From an uncultured Anaerofilum sp. (lineage in GTDB: Bacteria; Bacillota; Clostridia; Oscillospirales; Ruminococcaceae), in the NCBI GenBank assembly GCA_944385935.1, contig CALWZC010000004.1, positions 75,426 to 139,425 of the forward strand: 64,000 nucleotides of DNA. Reading direction: 5' to 3'. Within the stretch, counting starts at the first letter, position 1; each line of letters starts with the position of its first letter. Below are positions 56,173 through 64,000 of the stretch, piece after piece. The notes under the pieces are model-generated. The model was given only the letters and a program-made list of their open reading frames with translations. It made no database searches and had not been told where the DNA came from. The translations under genes and the position numbers were made by a program.

Positions 56173-58032
56173 ATGTTTAACGAAACGTTGAAAGCTGCTC
56201 TTGCTGCTGTGCAAAAACCGGGCAGATACACTGGCGGTGAGCCGGGCTGTGTATACAAAGACAAAACCCAGTTGGATTTGCGCTTTGCCTTTTGCTTTCC
56301 AGACACCTATGAGGTTGGAATGTCCTTTTTGGGAATGAAAATTCTGTATGAGGAACTGAACAAAAATCCTCGTTGGTGGTGCGAAAGAGCCTTTATGCCT
56401 TGGGTGGATATGAAGGAAGAAATGGAGAAACGGAATATTCCCTTGTACTGCCTAGAAAGCAAAGACCCCTTAACCGATTTTGATATTGTGGGCTTTACCT
56501 TGCAGTATGAGCTTTCCTATACCAATATTTTGGCTATGCTGGATATGGCTGGAATCCCTTTGCGCGCTGCTGACCGTGGAGAGGACATGCCTCTGATTGT
56601 GGCAGGTGGCCCCTGTGTTTGCAATGCTGAACCTTTGGCAGATTTTTTTGACATGATGATGTTAGGCGAAGGGGAAGAGCAGCTTCCTGCTGTATGTGAA
56701 TTGACTGTAAAGGCAAAAAAAGAGGGATGGAGCAAGAAAAAACTGTTGCGAGCCATGGCAGATATTCCTGGCTGCTATGTCCCTAGTTTGTATCAGGTTA
56801 ATTATTTTGAGGACGGGCGAGTAAAAGAAATTTTGCCCTTGGATGGTGTGCCGGCTGTTGTGACAAAGGCAATTATTAAGGATATGAACACCCAGCCCAT
56901 TCCTACCAATTTTATTGTGCCAATGGTAGGGGCTGTCCATGACCGTGGTCAAATTGAGGTATTGCGTGGTTGTGTTCGTGGCTGCCGTTTCTGTCAAGCT
57001 GGATTCTTGTACCGTCCCATGAGAGAGCGTAACGCTGATATGCTCAACAAGGGCGCACAAGATTTGTGTGGCAGCACTGGTTATGATGAGGTAAGTTTGA
57101 CCAGTTTGTCCACCTCTGACCATAGCCAACTGGAAACTTTGCTGGATGAAATGCTGGAATGGACTCCCGAACAACATGTAAATATCGCTTTGCCTAGCTT
57201 GCGTATTGATAATTTTAGTGAAAGTTTGATTGAAAAGACCACAAAGGTTCGCAAAAGTGGCTTGACCTTTGCTCCTGAAGCAGGCACCCAACGACTGCGT
57301 GATGTTATCAACAAAAATATCACGTGGGAAGAGATTGAAAAAAGCTGTCGTATTGCCTTTGAAGCAGGCTATACCGGCGTAAAGCTGTATTTTATGATGG
57401 GCTTACCCACCGAAACCATGGAAGATATCGAGGGCATTGCAGAAACTGCCCAGAAAATTGTGGATTTGTACTATCAAAATCCCAACAAGCCAAAGGGCAG
57501 GGGAGTACAAGTAACAATTAGTGTTTCCTGTTTTGTGCCAAAACCACACACGCCATTCCAATTTTGTCCACAAGACACCAAAGAAATGCTGGAGGCAAAA
57601 CAAAAACATCTGGTAAGCAGTGTGAAAAGCAAAAAAATTACTGTCCGTTATCATGACAGCAAAACCAGCTTTTTGGAGGCAGTCTTTGCCAAAGGTGACC
57701 GACGTTTGGGGGCTGTTTTGGAGGAAGCATACCGCCGTGGTTGTTATTTTGATGGCTGGGATGACCAGTTTAAGTATGACACATGGCTGGAAGTATTCCG
57801 AGATTTAGGGGTAGATATGGAATTCTATGCCAACCGCTTTATCCCTACCGATGAAGTAACTCCTTGGGAGCATTTACACTATGGTGTCACAAAGCGGTAC
57901 TTGATTTCCGAGTACGAAAATGCTTTGAAAGCTCAAACAACTCCTCCCTGTAACCGTCATTGTGCAGGATGTGGAGCCAATAAACTGCTGGGAGGTGCCT
58001 GTTTTGAATACAATACGAGCATGGTTCACTAA
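56173..58032 (+). CDS. Radical SAM protein, B12-binding-like N-domain (TIGR03960-like, function unknown)
   Basis: 619 aa. N-terminal PGRYTGGE, radical SAM cluster RGCVRGCRFCQAG, C-terminal Cys-rich CNRHCAGCG. Confidence 0.85.
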   Translation: MFNETLKAALAAVQKPGRYTGGEPGCVYKDKTQLDLRFAFCFPDTYEVGMSFLGMKILYEELNKNPRWWCERAFMPWVDMKEEMEKRNIPLYCLESKDPLTDFDIVGFTLQYELSYTNILAMLDMAGIPLRAADRGEDMPLIVAGGPCVCNAEPLADFFDMMMLGEGEEQLPAVCELTVKAKKEGWSKKKLLRAMADIPGCYVPSLYQVNYFEDGRVKEILPLDGVPAVVTKAIIKDMNTQPIPTNFIVPMVGAVHDRGQIEVLRGCVRGCRFCQAGFLYRPMRERNADMLNKGAQDLCGSTGYDEVSLTSLSTSDHSQLETLLDEMLEWTPEQHVNIALPSLRIDNFSESLIEKTTKVRKSGLTFAPEAGTQRLRDVINKNITWEEIEKSCRIAFEAGYTGVKLYFMMGLPTETMEDIEGIAETAQKIVDLYYQNPNKPKGRGVQVTISVSCFVPKPHTPFQFCPQDTKEMLEAKQKHLVSSVKSKKITVRYHDSKTSFLEAVFAKGDRRLGAVLEEAYRRGCYFDGWDDQFKYDTWLEVFRDLGVDMEFYANRFIPTDEVTPWEHLHYGVTKRYLISEYENALKAQTTPPCNRHCAGCGANKLLGGACFEYNTSMVH

Positions 58033-58657
58033 GACAGGGGAGGCATCCTATATCTCCCATTTGGATTTGCAGCGAGTAATGGGTCGTGCCATGCGGCGGG
58101 CAAAGTTGCCAGTGTGGTATTCCAAAGGCTTTAATCCCCATATTTATATGACCTTTGCCCTTCCTCTCCCACTGGGACAAGAAAGCCTTGTAGAGAGTGT
58201 GGATTTCCGCAGTGAGGAAGAAAATTTAGACTTTGAAGCCATGGCAAAAGCCCTTAGTGAGGCCCTGCCTCGTGGTATTGATGTAAAAAAAATGTACCTT
58301 GCAGATACTGATGCTGCTAAAATTGCATCTGCAAAATATCAAGTGCGGGTTCCCGGGGATTGGACAAAAGCAATAGAGCAATACAATGCACTGTCTGAAG
58401 CAATCGTTGAGAAAAAGACCAAACGAGGCACAAAACCATTGAACCTGAAAGAGCAAATTCCTTCTGTGGAGAGTTGGCTGCGGGATGGTCAAACCTGTTT
58501 CACCTTGACTTTGCCAGCAGGCAGCAGCGGACTGAATTTGAATCCCACCTTGTTGCTGCAATATTTGCAAGAGCAATATGGTTTGCCTGTTTCCACAGCG
58601 GAGATTTTGCGGGTAGCAATTTATACCGAAGATGGTAATAAATTTTTGGGTGAATAA
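58004..58657 (+). CDS. Radical-SAM-associated protein (DUF2344 / TIGR03936-like)
   Basis: RAWFTKTGEASYISHLDLQRVMGRAMRRAKLPVWYSKGFNPHIYMTFALPLPLG is typical of DUF2344. I chose the TTG at 58004, 8 nt after GGAGG. The ORF track starts at GTG 57962, so the start is uncertain. Confidence 0.72.
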   Translation: MNTIRAWFTKTGEASYISHLDLQRVMGRAMRRAKLPVWYSKGFNPHIYMTFALPLPLGQESLVESVDFRSEEENLDFEAMAKALSEALPRGIDVKKMYLADTDAAKIASAKYQVRVPGDWTKAIEQYNALSEAIVEKKTKRGTKPLNLKEQIPSVESWLRDGQTCFTLTLPAGSSGLNLNPTLLLQYLQEQYGLPVSTAEILRVAIYTEDGNKFLGE

Positions 58658-58716
58658 AAAAGCAATACCCCAATAGAATCCTTATATCGTTTATTGAAAA
58701 TAAGAGTTTTATTGTA

Positions 58717-58762
58717 TAAAAAAGCACCAAACCCAGCCAAATGGTTGGATTTGGTGCTTTTT
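58717..58762. terminator. Bidirectional terminator between convergent genes
   Basis: AGCACCAAACCCA / TGGATTTGGTGCT stem with one mismatch and inner CCAA/TTGG pairing, flanked by an A7 run and a T5 run. Confidence 0.78.
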
Positions 58763-58774
58763 CTATATTCTAGA

Positions 58775-61246
58775 TTAAATAAACAGGTTTACATTGGATT
58801 CTTCGGCATCCCCCAGATAGGCACCTACACCACCCAATTCTACACCATCAATCAATTCTTCCTTGCGGATACCCATAACCTCCATACTCATGGTGCAAGC
58901 AACAATTTTTACACCGGCAGCCATTGCCTTTTTGATGAGGGTTTCCAGAGAGTCCACATTTTTATCTGCCATAATTTTTTTCATCATAGCAGTGCCCATA
59001 CCACCCATATTCATCTTAGACAGCTTTAATTTGCTGCTGCCTCGGGGCATCATAGCACCAAACATAGACTCCATAAAGGTCTTTTTGATGGGCTGTTTCT
59101 GGGATTTTCTCAGGGCGTTTAATCCCCAGAAGGTAAAGAACATAGTAACAGGACGCCCTAAAGCAGCGGCACCATTGGCAATGATGAAGCTGGCAAGAAC
59201 TCGGTCAAGGTCGCCTGAAAATACCACCAAGGTTTTTCCCTCGGGGGTATCTTTTATAACAGGAGCCGCTGCACCGCCCTTTTGCAGCAGTGCTGTATAG
59301 TCGCTTCCATTGCGGCCGGTGGAAAGAAGTTGGTTTCCAGTTCGGCGGCACCATGCCCCTACATCTCGCAAAAAGCCGGGGTCAGATGCGGACACTTCTA
59401 CCACGTCCCCATCTTTCATTTCCTTCATGGTTTCAAATACCTTCATGATGGGGCCGGGGCATTGCATTCCACTGCAATTTAGACGGATAGAAGTGGCAGG
59501 AGCAGACTTAGAAGGGCAAGGGGTTACATCTCCATTATCCGAAACTGTGCCACAGTTTCCACTGGGAGAAGCGGGGGAAAGGGGCTGTGGTTTGGTGTGT
59601 AAAGACTGATAAAAACGGCTGCCACCGGGATACACTTTCACATTGGAAAATCCATTTTGCATAAGGATTCGAGCACCATTATAAGCCCGCACACCAATGG
59701 CACAAAATACAATGATTTCACGGTTTTTGTCCAACTCCTTCCAGCGGTTGCGCAACTGCCCCAAAGGAATGTGTATCGCATTGGGGATGGAAAATGCCAT
59801 TACTTCCATATCCTCTCGCACATCCAAAAGCAGGGCACCGGGATGTTGATGATGGACATCCCAATGAGCAAAGCGAACCAATCCCGTCAAAATATTTTCT
59901 GCCACAAAACCAGCCATATTTACAGGGTCTTTTGCAGAAGAATAGGGAGGTGCATAAGCAAGCTCTAATTCCTTCAACTGCACAACATCAGCCCCCAGCC
60001 GCATAGCAACAGCAAGGGTATCAATGCGCTTGTCAACACCATCTAAGCCCACAATTTGCGCTCCCAAAATGGTGGAACCATCCGTAGTAAACAGCACCTT
60101 TATGGTCATGGGTTGAGCACCGGGGTAGTAGCCTGCATGGGAATTTTGGGTAATGATAAGGGTTTCGTAATCTTTGCCTTTTTCCAAGCCTTTTTTCTGC
60201 AAAGCCTTTTCATTGGCACCAGTGGATGCAGCGGTAAGGTCAAATATTTTTGCTACAGAGGTACCCTGTGTGCCTTTGTATGTTTGATTTCTGCCAGCAA
60301 TATTGTCAGCAGCAATGCGCCCTTGTTTGTTGGCAGGCCCTGCCAAAGGAATCATAGTGGGGGATTTTAGTACAAAATCTTCCACCTCAATTACATCGCC
60401 CACGGCATAAATATCAGGCTGAGAGGTGCGCAAATATTCATCCACAACAATGCCGCCACGTTCATTAACAGCAAGCCCAGCTTCTTTCGCCAGCTCTCCA
60501 TTGGGGCGCACTCCAATGGAAAGAATCACTAGGTCTACCTTGATAATTTCACCGCTGTTTAAGTGAACATCCACACCATTGCCGTTATCTACAAAGGAGC
60601 TTACCCCATTTTTTAGATATAAGTGAACGCCGTTTTGCACCAGATGTTCATGGAGAAGCTGTGCCATCTCAAAGTCCAACGGTGCCATTACCTGTTCAAC
60701 GGCTTCAATCAAGGAAACTTCCAGTCCTGCATGACGAAGATTTTCTGCCATTTCCAAACCGATAAAACCGCCACCAATAACCGCTGCAGTTTTTACATTT
60801 TCCTGTTGTACCATTTTGCGGATACGGTCAGTGTCGGGGACAGTCCAAAGGGTTTGAATACGGGGAGAGTCAATGCCGGGAATGGGAGGGCGCACAGGAG
60901 AAGAACCGGTAGAAATAACCAAAGAATCATAGCTTTCCTCATAGGTTTCGCCAGTGGCCAACCGTTTCACAGTAATAGTTTTGCCAGTAGGATGGATGGA
61001 CAACACCTGATTTTGTACACGAACATCAATGTTAAATTTCTTTTGCATGGCTTCTGGTGTTTGCAACAGCAAAGCATCACGGGAAGAAATTACATCTCCC
61101 ACATGATAGGGCAAACCACAGTTGGCATAGGAGATATACTCTCCACGTTCCAAAAGAATGATTTCTGCTTCTGCATCCAATCGACGCAAACGGGCAGCAC
61201 AGCTTGCACCACCAGCTACACCACCAATAATAACAACTTTACTCAT
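58775..61246 (-). CDS. CoA-disulfide/persulfide reductase fused to rhodanese, TusA-like and DsrE-like domains
   Basis: FAD/NAD fold GGVAGGASCAARL, redox Cys SYANCGLPYH, rhodanese FCAIGVRAYNG, TusA motif MQCPGPIMK, DsrE/F-like tail (LVVFSGDLDRVLASFIIANGAAA). ATG at 61246 lies 9 nt after GGAGG. Confidence 0.85.
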   Translation of the reverse strand: MSKVVIIGGVAGGASCAARLRRLDAEAEIILLERGEYISYANCGLPYHVGDVISSRDALLLQTPEAMQKKFNIDVRVQNQVLSIHPTGKTITVKRLATGETYEESYDSLVISTGSSPVRPPIPGIDSPRIQTLWTVPDTDRIRKMVQQENVKTAAVIGGGFIGLEMAENLRHAGLEVSLIEAVEQVMAPLDFEMAQLLHEHLVQNGVHLYLKNGVSSFVDNGNGVDVHLNSGEIIKVDLVILSIGVRPNGELAKEAGLAVNERGGIVVDEYLRTSQPDIYAVGDVIEVEDFVLKSPTMIPLAGPANKQGRIAADNIAGRNQTYKGTQGTSVAKIFDLTAASTGANEKALQKKGLEKGKDYETLIITQNSHAGYYPGAQPMTIKVLFTTDGSTILGAQIVGLDGVDKRIDTLAVAMRLGADVVQLKELELAYAPPYSSAKDPVNMAGFVAENILTGLVRFAHWDVHHQHPGALLLDVREDMEVMAFSIPNAIHIPLGQLRNRWKELDKNREIIVFCAIGVRAYNGARILMQNGFSNVKVYPGGSRFYQSLHTKPQPLSPASPSGNCGTVSDNGDVTPCPSKSAPATSIRLNCSGMQCPGPIMKVFETMKEMKDGDVVEVSASDPGFLRDVGAWCRRTGNQLLSTGRNGSDYTALLQKGGAAAPVIKDTPEGKTLVVFSGDLDRVLASFIIANGAAALGRPVTMFFTFWGLNALRKSQKQPIKKTFMESMFGAMMPRGSSKLKLSKMNMGGMGTAMMKKIMADKNVDSLETLIKKAMAAGVKIVACTMSMEVMGIRKEELIDGVELGGVGAYLGDAEESNVNLFI

Positions 61247-61381
61247 ATACATTTACCTCCCCAATACAGGAACTGGAATTATATCTGTTTACATTGGTAT
61301 AGTATCAGTTTATGCAGCTTTTTTCTGTGACAAACTCACATAAAAGAGTTTTTTTGAAGGGTAAGTACAAAATAAATGGAA

Positions 61382-62206
61382 TTACAATAGTTTTCGGTAC
61401 TGGGTGGGAGAAATGCCGAAACAGTTTTTAAAAGCAGATGAAAAATGATAGGGGGTGCTATACCCCAAAATCTCACTTACCTGACCAATGGAATAGTCTT
61501 TATTGCCTAGGAGAGAACAGGCTCGCCTTAGTCGTACTTGTTGTAAATACTCCATAAGGGTATGACCTGTATATTGGCGAAATAGTCGAATAAAGTAATA
61601 TTTGGAAATGCCTAATTTTTCGGCTAAAAAATCCAGTGATATGGTGTAGTCGGTGGTAGTTTCTATGTATTGTACTGCCATACGAATGAGGTTTGTCTGC
61701 TGACTTGATAAAGCAGAGGTTTGTACATAATCCACCAAGCTACACAAAATTTGGGTAAGGAGAGATTCCGCAAACAAAACATCTGCAAACCCTCTGGCAG
61801 TCCGCAATTTTTCAAGCAACTGCTGAAAAAGTCCTATAATGCCTGAGGCAGGCAAAGGGAGTATTTCTGAGGGGTAAATTTGCTCACAAAGAGCATGCAA
61901 TGTTTCTCCTGTACAATGAAGCCATAATAGACTCCATCCATTTTCTGCGTTGCCATAGGAGTGGGGAACTTCTGGGGGTAGCAGAATAATTTCCCCTGCT
62001 TTTACTGGGATTTTTTCTTTTTTGTCCAGTTGAACCCATCCACTTCCTCCCACACACAGCAAAATAACCCACTCACAGATGGTGCGGGGAGCCAAAAAGT
62101 GGTGGTGCATATCTTGATAATTTCCAGCCAAAAGGATACGCATATCTCGCTCCGCAATAGAGGCAGTTTGATACATTGGTACAGAGATAGATTCAATGGT
62201 TTCCAT
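61382..62206 (-). CDS. AraC-family transcriptional regulator (cupin sensor + HTH)
   Basis: N-terminal cupin-like (WVILLCVGGSGWVQL...GEIILLPP..PHSY). C-terminal AraC HTH (LAEKLGISKYYFIRLFRQYTG...ILGYSTPYHFSSAFKNCFGISPTQYR). Confidence 0.85.
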   Translation of the reverse strand: METIESISVPMYQTASIAERDMRILLAGNYQDMHHHFLAPRTICEWVILLCVGGSGWVQLDKKEKIPVKAGEIILLPPEVPHSYGNAENGWSLLWLHCTGETLHALCEQIYPSEILPLPASGIIGLFQQLLEKLRTARGFADVLFAESLLTQILCSLVDYVQTSALSSQQTNLIRMAVQYIETTTDYTISLDFLAEKLGISKYYFIRLFRQYTGHTLMEYLQQVRLRRACSLLGNKDYSIGQVSEILGYSTPYHFSSAFKNCFGISPTQYRKLL

Positions 62207-62386
62207 AAGAAAAAACACTCCTAAGGGATGGATAAAAGTGAAGTAAAACAAAAGAAAAACGAAAGAGCAATTTTTTGTATTTTTTAGACAATGTGGCGCA
62301 TTTTGATGAACCTTTCACCGTGCTATAATCGATGGTGATAATATTGGTAATTCCTGAAAGGATGAACCAAAAGGAGAGAAGAAGCA

Positions 62387-63478
62387 ATGATGACCCAAAC
62401 CGAACTGGAAAGGCTGCGTATGTTGGCCCAAAAACAGTTGGAGGTATATCACAGCCCTGTAAATCAGGAACGCATTCAACAATGGTTCCGCCACAATGCC
62501 TGCCAGCCGGGTCGCCCCATGGTGCATGTGGAAATGGATACTTTTGAGGAAGAAGTATTGATGTCAAAGCTGCAATGTGAAAGCCCCATTGCACGGCGAC
62601 TGGAGGCGGATTTGTACCGCAATTTTATGAATATCACAGAGTTTGATGACGACTGGGTAACACCAAACTTCTTTGGTATTCGCTGGGAAAGCTGGTTCCA
62701 TCCTCTGGGCCATGAAATTACCGCCCATTCTGCCACAGATACCAGCGGCAGAACTGTTGGACATCAGTTCGATTTTATCATTGAGGACTTGGAGGACGAC
62801 TGGGACAAGCTGGGGGAAACAAAGTTTGGTGTAAACAAAGAAAGCACCGAAAAATACTTCCAAGCTGCACAGGAAGCCTTTGGGGATATTTTGCCTGCAA
62901 AGATGATTATGCAAAGCCCGGGAGCAGTTCCCACACAGCAGGTTGTCCACCTGATGGGCATGGAAAACATGTGCTTTGCCATGTATGATTATCCCGATTT
63001 ATTTAAAGAACTGATGGACCGCATTGCAGATGGCTATTTAGCATATTTCAATTATTTGACCAAAGAGGGCTTTTTGTTGCCCACTGCTGGCTTTGAGCTG
63101 TTGAATCAGGGCAGCAAGTGCTTTACAAAGGATTTGCCTGCTGACCATGTAACAGACATGAAGCAGATGTGGGGCTTTATGGATTCTCAGGAAACTGTAA
63201 GCATTTCGCCAGAAATGTTCCACGAATTTATCTTCCCTTGCTACCAAAAAATTGGTGCACGGTATGGAAAACTTTCCTATGGTTGCTGTGAGCCTGTAAG
63301 GGCAGTGTGGGATGACATCAAAACCTTCCCCAACTTGTGCAAGGTAAGTATCTCTCCTTGGTGTGATGAGGAGTTTATGGGACAACAACTCAAGGGAAGC
63401 AAAATTATTTATCATCGTAAGCCAAGCCCCAACTATCTGGGTGTTGGAGAAACAATGGATGAAGAAAGGTCTGCGTAA
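62387..63478 (+). CDS. Conserved hypothetical enzyme (tentatively URO-D/methyltransferase-fold), apparently frameshifted near its 3' end
   Basis: 363-aa ORF, divergent from the AraC gene. The reading frame continues sensibly in the +1 frame to 63626 (see findings). The family call is tentative and from memory. Confidence 0.55.
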   Translation: MMTQTELERLRMLAQKQLEVYHSPVNQERIQQWFRHNACQPGRPMVHVEMDTFEEEVLMSKLQCESPIARRLEADLYRNFMNITEFDDDWVTPNFFGIRWESWFHPLGHEITAHSATDTSGRTVGHQFDFIIEDLEDDWDKLGETKFGVNKESTEKYFQAAQEAFGDILPAKMIMQSPGAVPTQQVVHLMGMENMCFAMYDYPDLFKELMDRIADGYLAYFNYLTKEGFLLPTAGFELLNQGSKCFTKDLPADHVTDMKQMWGFMDSQETVSISPEMFHEFIFPCYQKIGARYGKLSYGCCEPVRAVWDDIKTFPNLCKVSISPWCDEEFMGQQLKGSKIIYHRKPSPNYLGVGETMDEERSA

Positions 63479-63637
63479 ACACATTCAAAAGACACTGAAA
63501 GCCGCTGAAGGCTGTACCTTGGAATTTACCCAGCGTGATGTATACACAGTAGCAAACAACCCCCAAAAGGTTCGCCGCTACATTGAAATTCTTCGACAGG
63601 AAATTGAAACTCACTGGAAGGGATAACACCACAAGGG

Positions 63638-64000
63638 CTATTTTTTCCAGCAGTGAAAATACTCGGCAGGGGGCACACCAAACCGCTCTTTAAAGGCACG
63701 GGAAAAGTGTGCCAAACTGCTGAAACCGGTGTCCAACGCCACATGGCTTAAGGGGTAGTTTCCTTTGTGGGCAGACATCAATTCCACCGCTTTGCTAAGC
63801 CTAAAATACACAAGATAGGAAGCAAAAGAAATATTTAGATATTGCTTAAACAGTTTGGAAAGCTGACGACAGGAAATTCCACATTCCAATGAAATATTTT
63901 CAAGAGAGATTGTTTCGCTGTAGTGGTTTTGTATGTAGGTCAAGACCAACAAAAGGTGACGATTTTGGAAAAAGGTAAAGCGGGAACAATCGTGGTAAAC
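63638..64000 (-). CDS. AraC-family transcriptional regulator, C-terminal part (gene continues beyond the right edge)
   Basis: AraC HTH: ISLECGISCRQLSKLFKQYLNISFASYLVYFRLSKA...ALDTGFSSLAHFSRAFKERFGVPPAEY. The reverse frame stays open from 63952 to position 64000. Confidence 0.8.
   Translation of the reverse strand, partial: VYHDCSRFTFFQNRHLLLVLTYIQNHYSETISLENISLECGISCRQLSKLFKQYLNISFASYLVYFRLSKAVELMSAHKGNYPLSHVALDTGFSSLAHFSRAFKERFGVPPAEYFHCWKK

Noticed and set aside
1-64000. Scan for tRNA, rRNA, CRISPR arrays, transposases, integrases, phage genes and long direct repeats
   Set aside because: I recognised none. Intergenic regions are short, and each is accounted for by promoters and terminators. 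The only internal paralogy seen is the MgtA C-terminus pair, the subunit-I N-domain pair and the AraC HTH domains. A computational repeat or tRNA scan would be needed for certainty.

Overview
The window reads as a core chromosomal segment of a Bacillota (Firmicutes) genome, probably a Clostridia or Oscillospirales-like anaerobe. I infer this from gene content and order only, and made no database search. About 60 protein-coding genes are packed tightly and lie mostly on the + strand.

Recognisable blocks:
- miaB-ylbF-mutS-mutL-miaA
- the division cluster sepF-ylmH-divIVA, followed by lspA-rluD
- a split transketolase
- guaA
- an Mg2+ P-type ATPase
- a YtrA-like GntR/ABC module
- a complete 10-gene V/A-type ATPase operon (32.9-42.5 kb)
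- rplS-rbgA-rnhB-yraN
- thrC
- tig-clpP-clpX
- an orphan MCP
- a radical-SAM pair of unknown function
- a four-domain CoA-disulfide/persulfide reductase
- an AraC-flanked locus at the right edge

I recognised no rRNA, tRNA, CRISPR array, transposase, integrase or phage gene. The window therefore does not look like a mobile or defence island.

Most unusual items:
1. A self-contained three-gene module at 4.15-6.37 kb. It holds a small ORF, a divergent Spo0A-type response regulator, and a sensor-less histidine-kinase homologue whose phospho-accepting His is replaced by Tyr, as in DivL.
2. A chimeric fossil ORF just downstream of mgtA. It joins a truncated OmpR-type winged-helix domain to a diverged second copy of the MgtA C-terminus.
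3. A free-standing paralogue of the cytoplasmic N-terminal domain of V-ATPase subunit I, encoded just upstream of the full-length subunit I gene.
4. A Zn-ribbon plus SPFH (YdjG/YdjI-like) pair sitting behind a perfect 22-bp palindrome.
5. A Cof-type HAD protein whose nucleophilic Asp is Asn.
6. A frameshifted gene between two AraC regulators.

All functional calls rest on my own recognition of motifs in the supplied translations. Start codons were refined by eye from RBS spacing, and nothing was computed.
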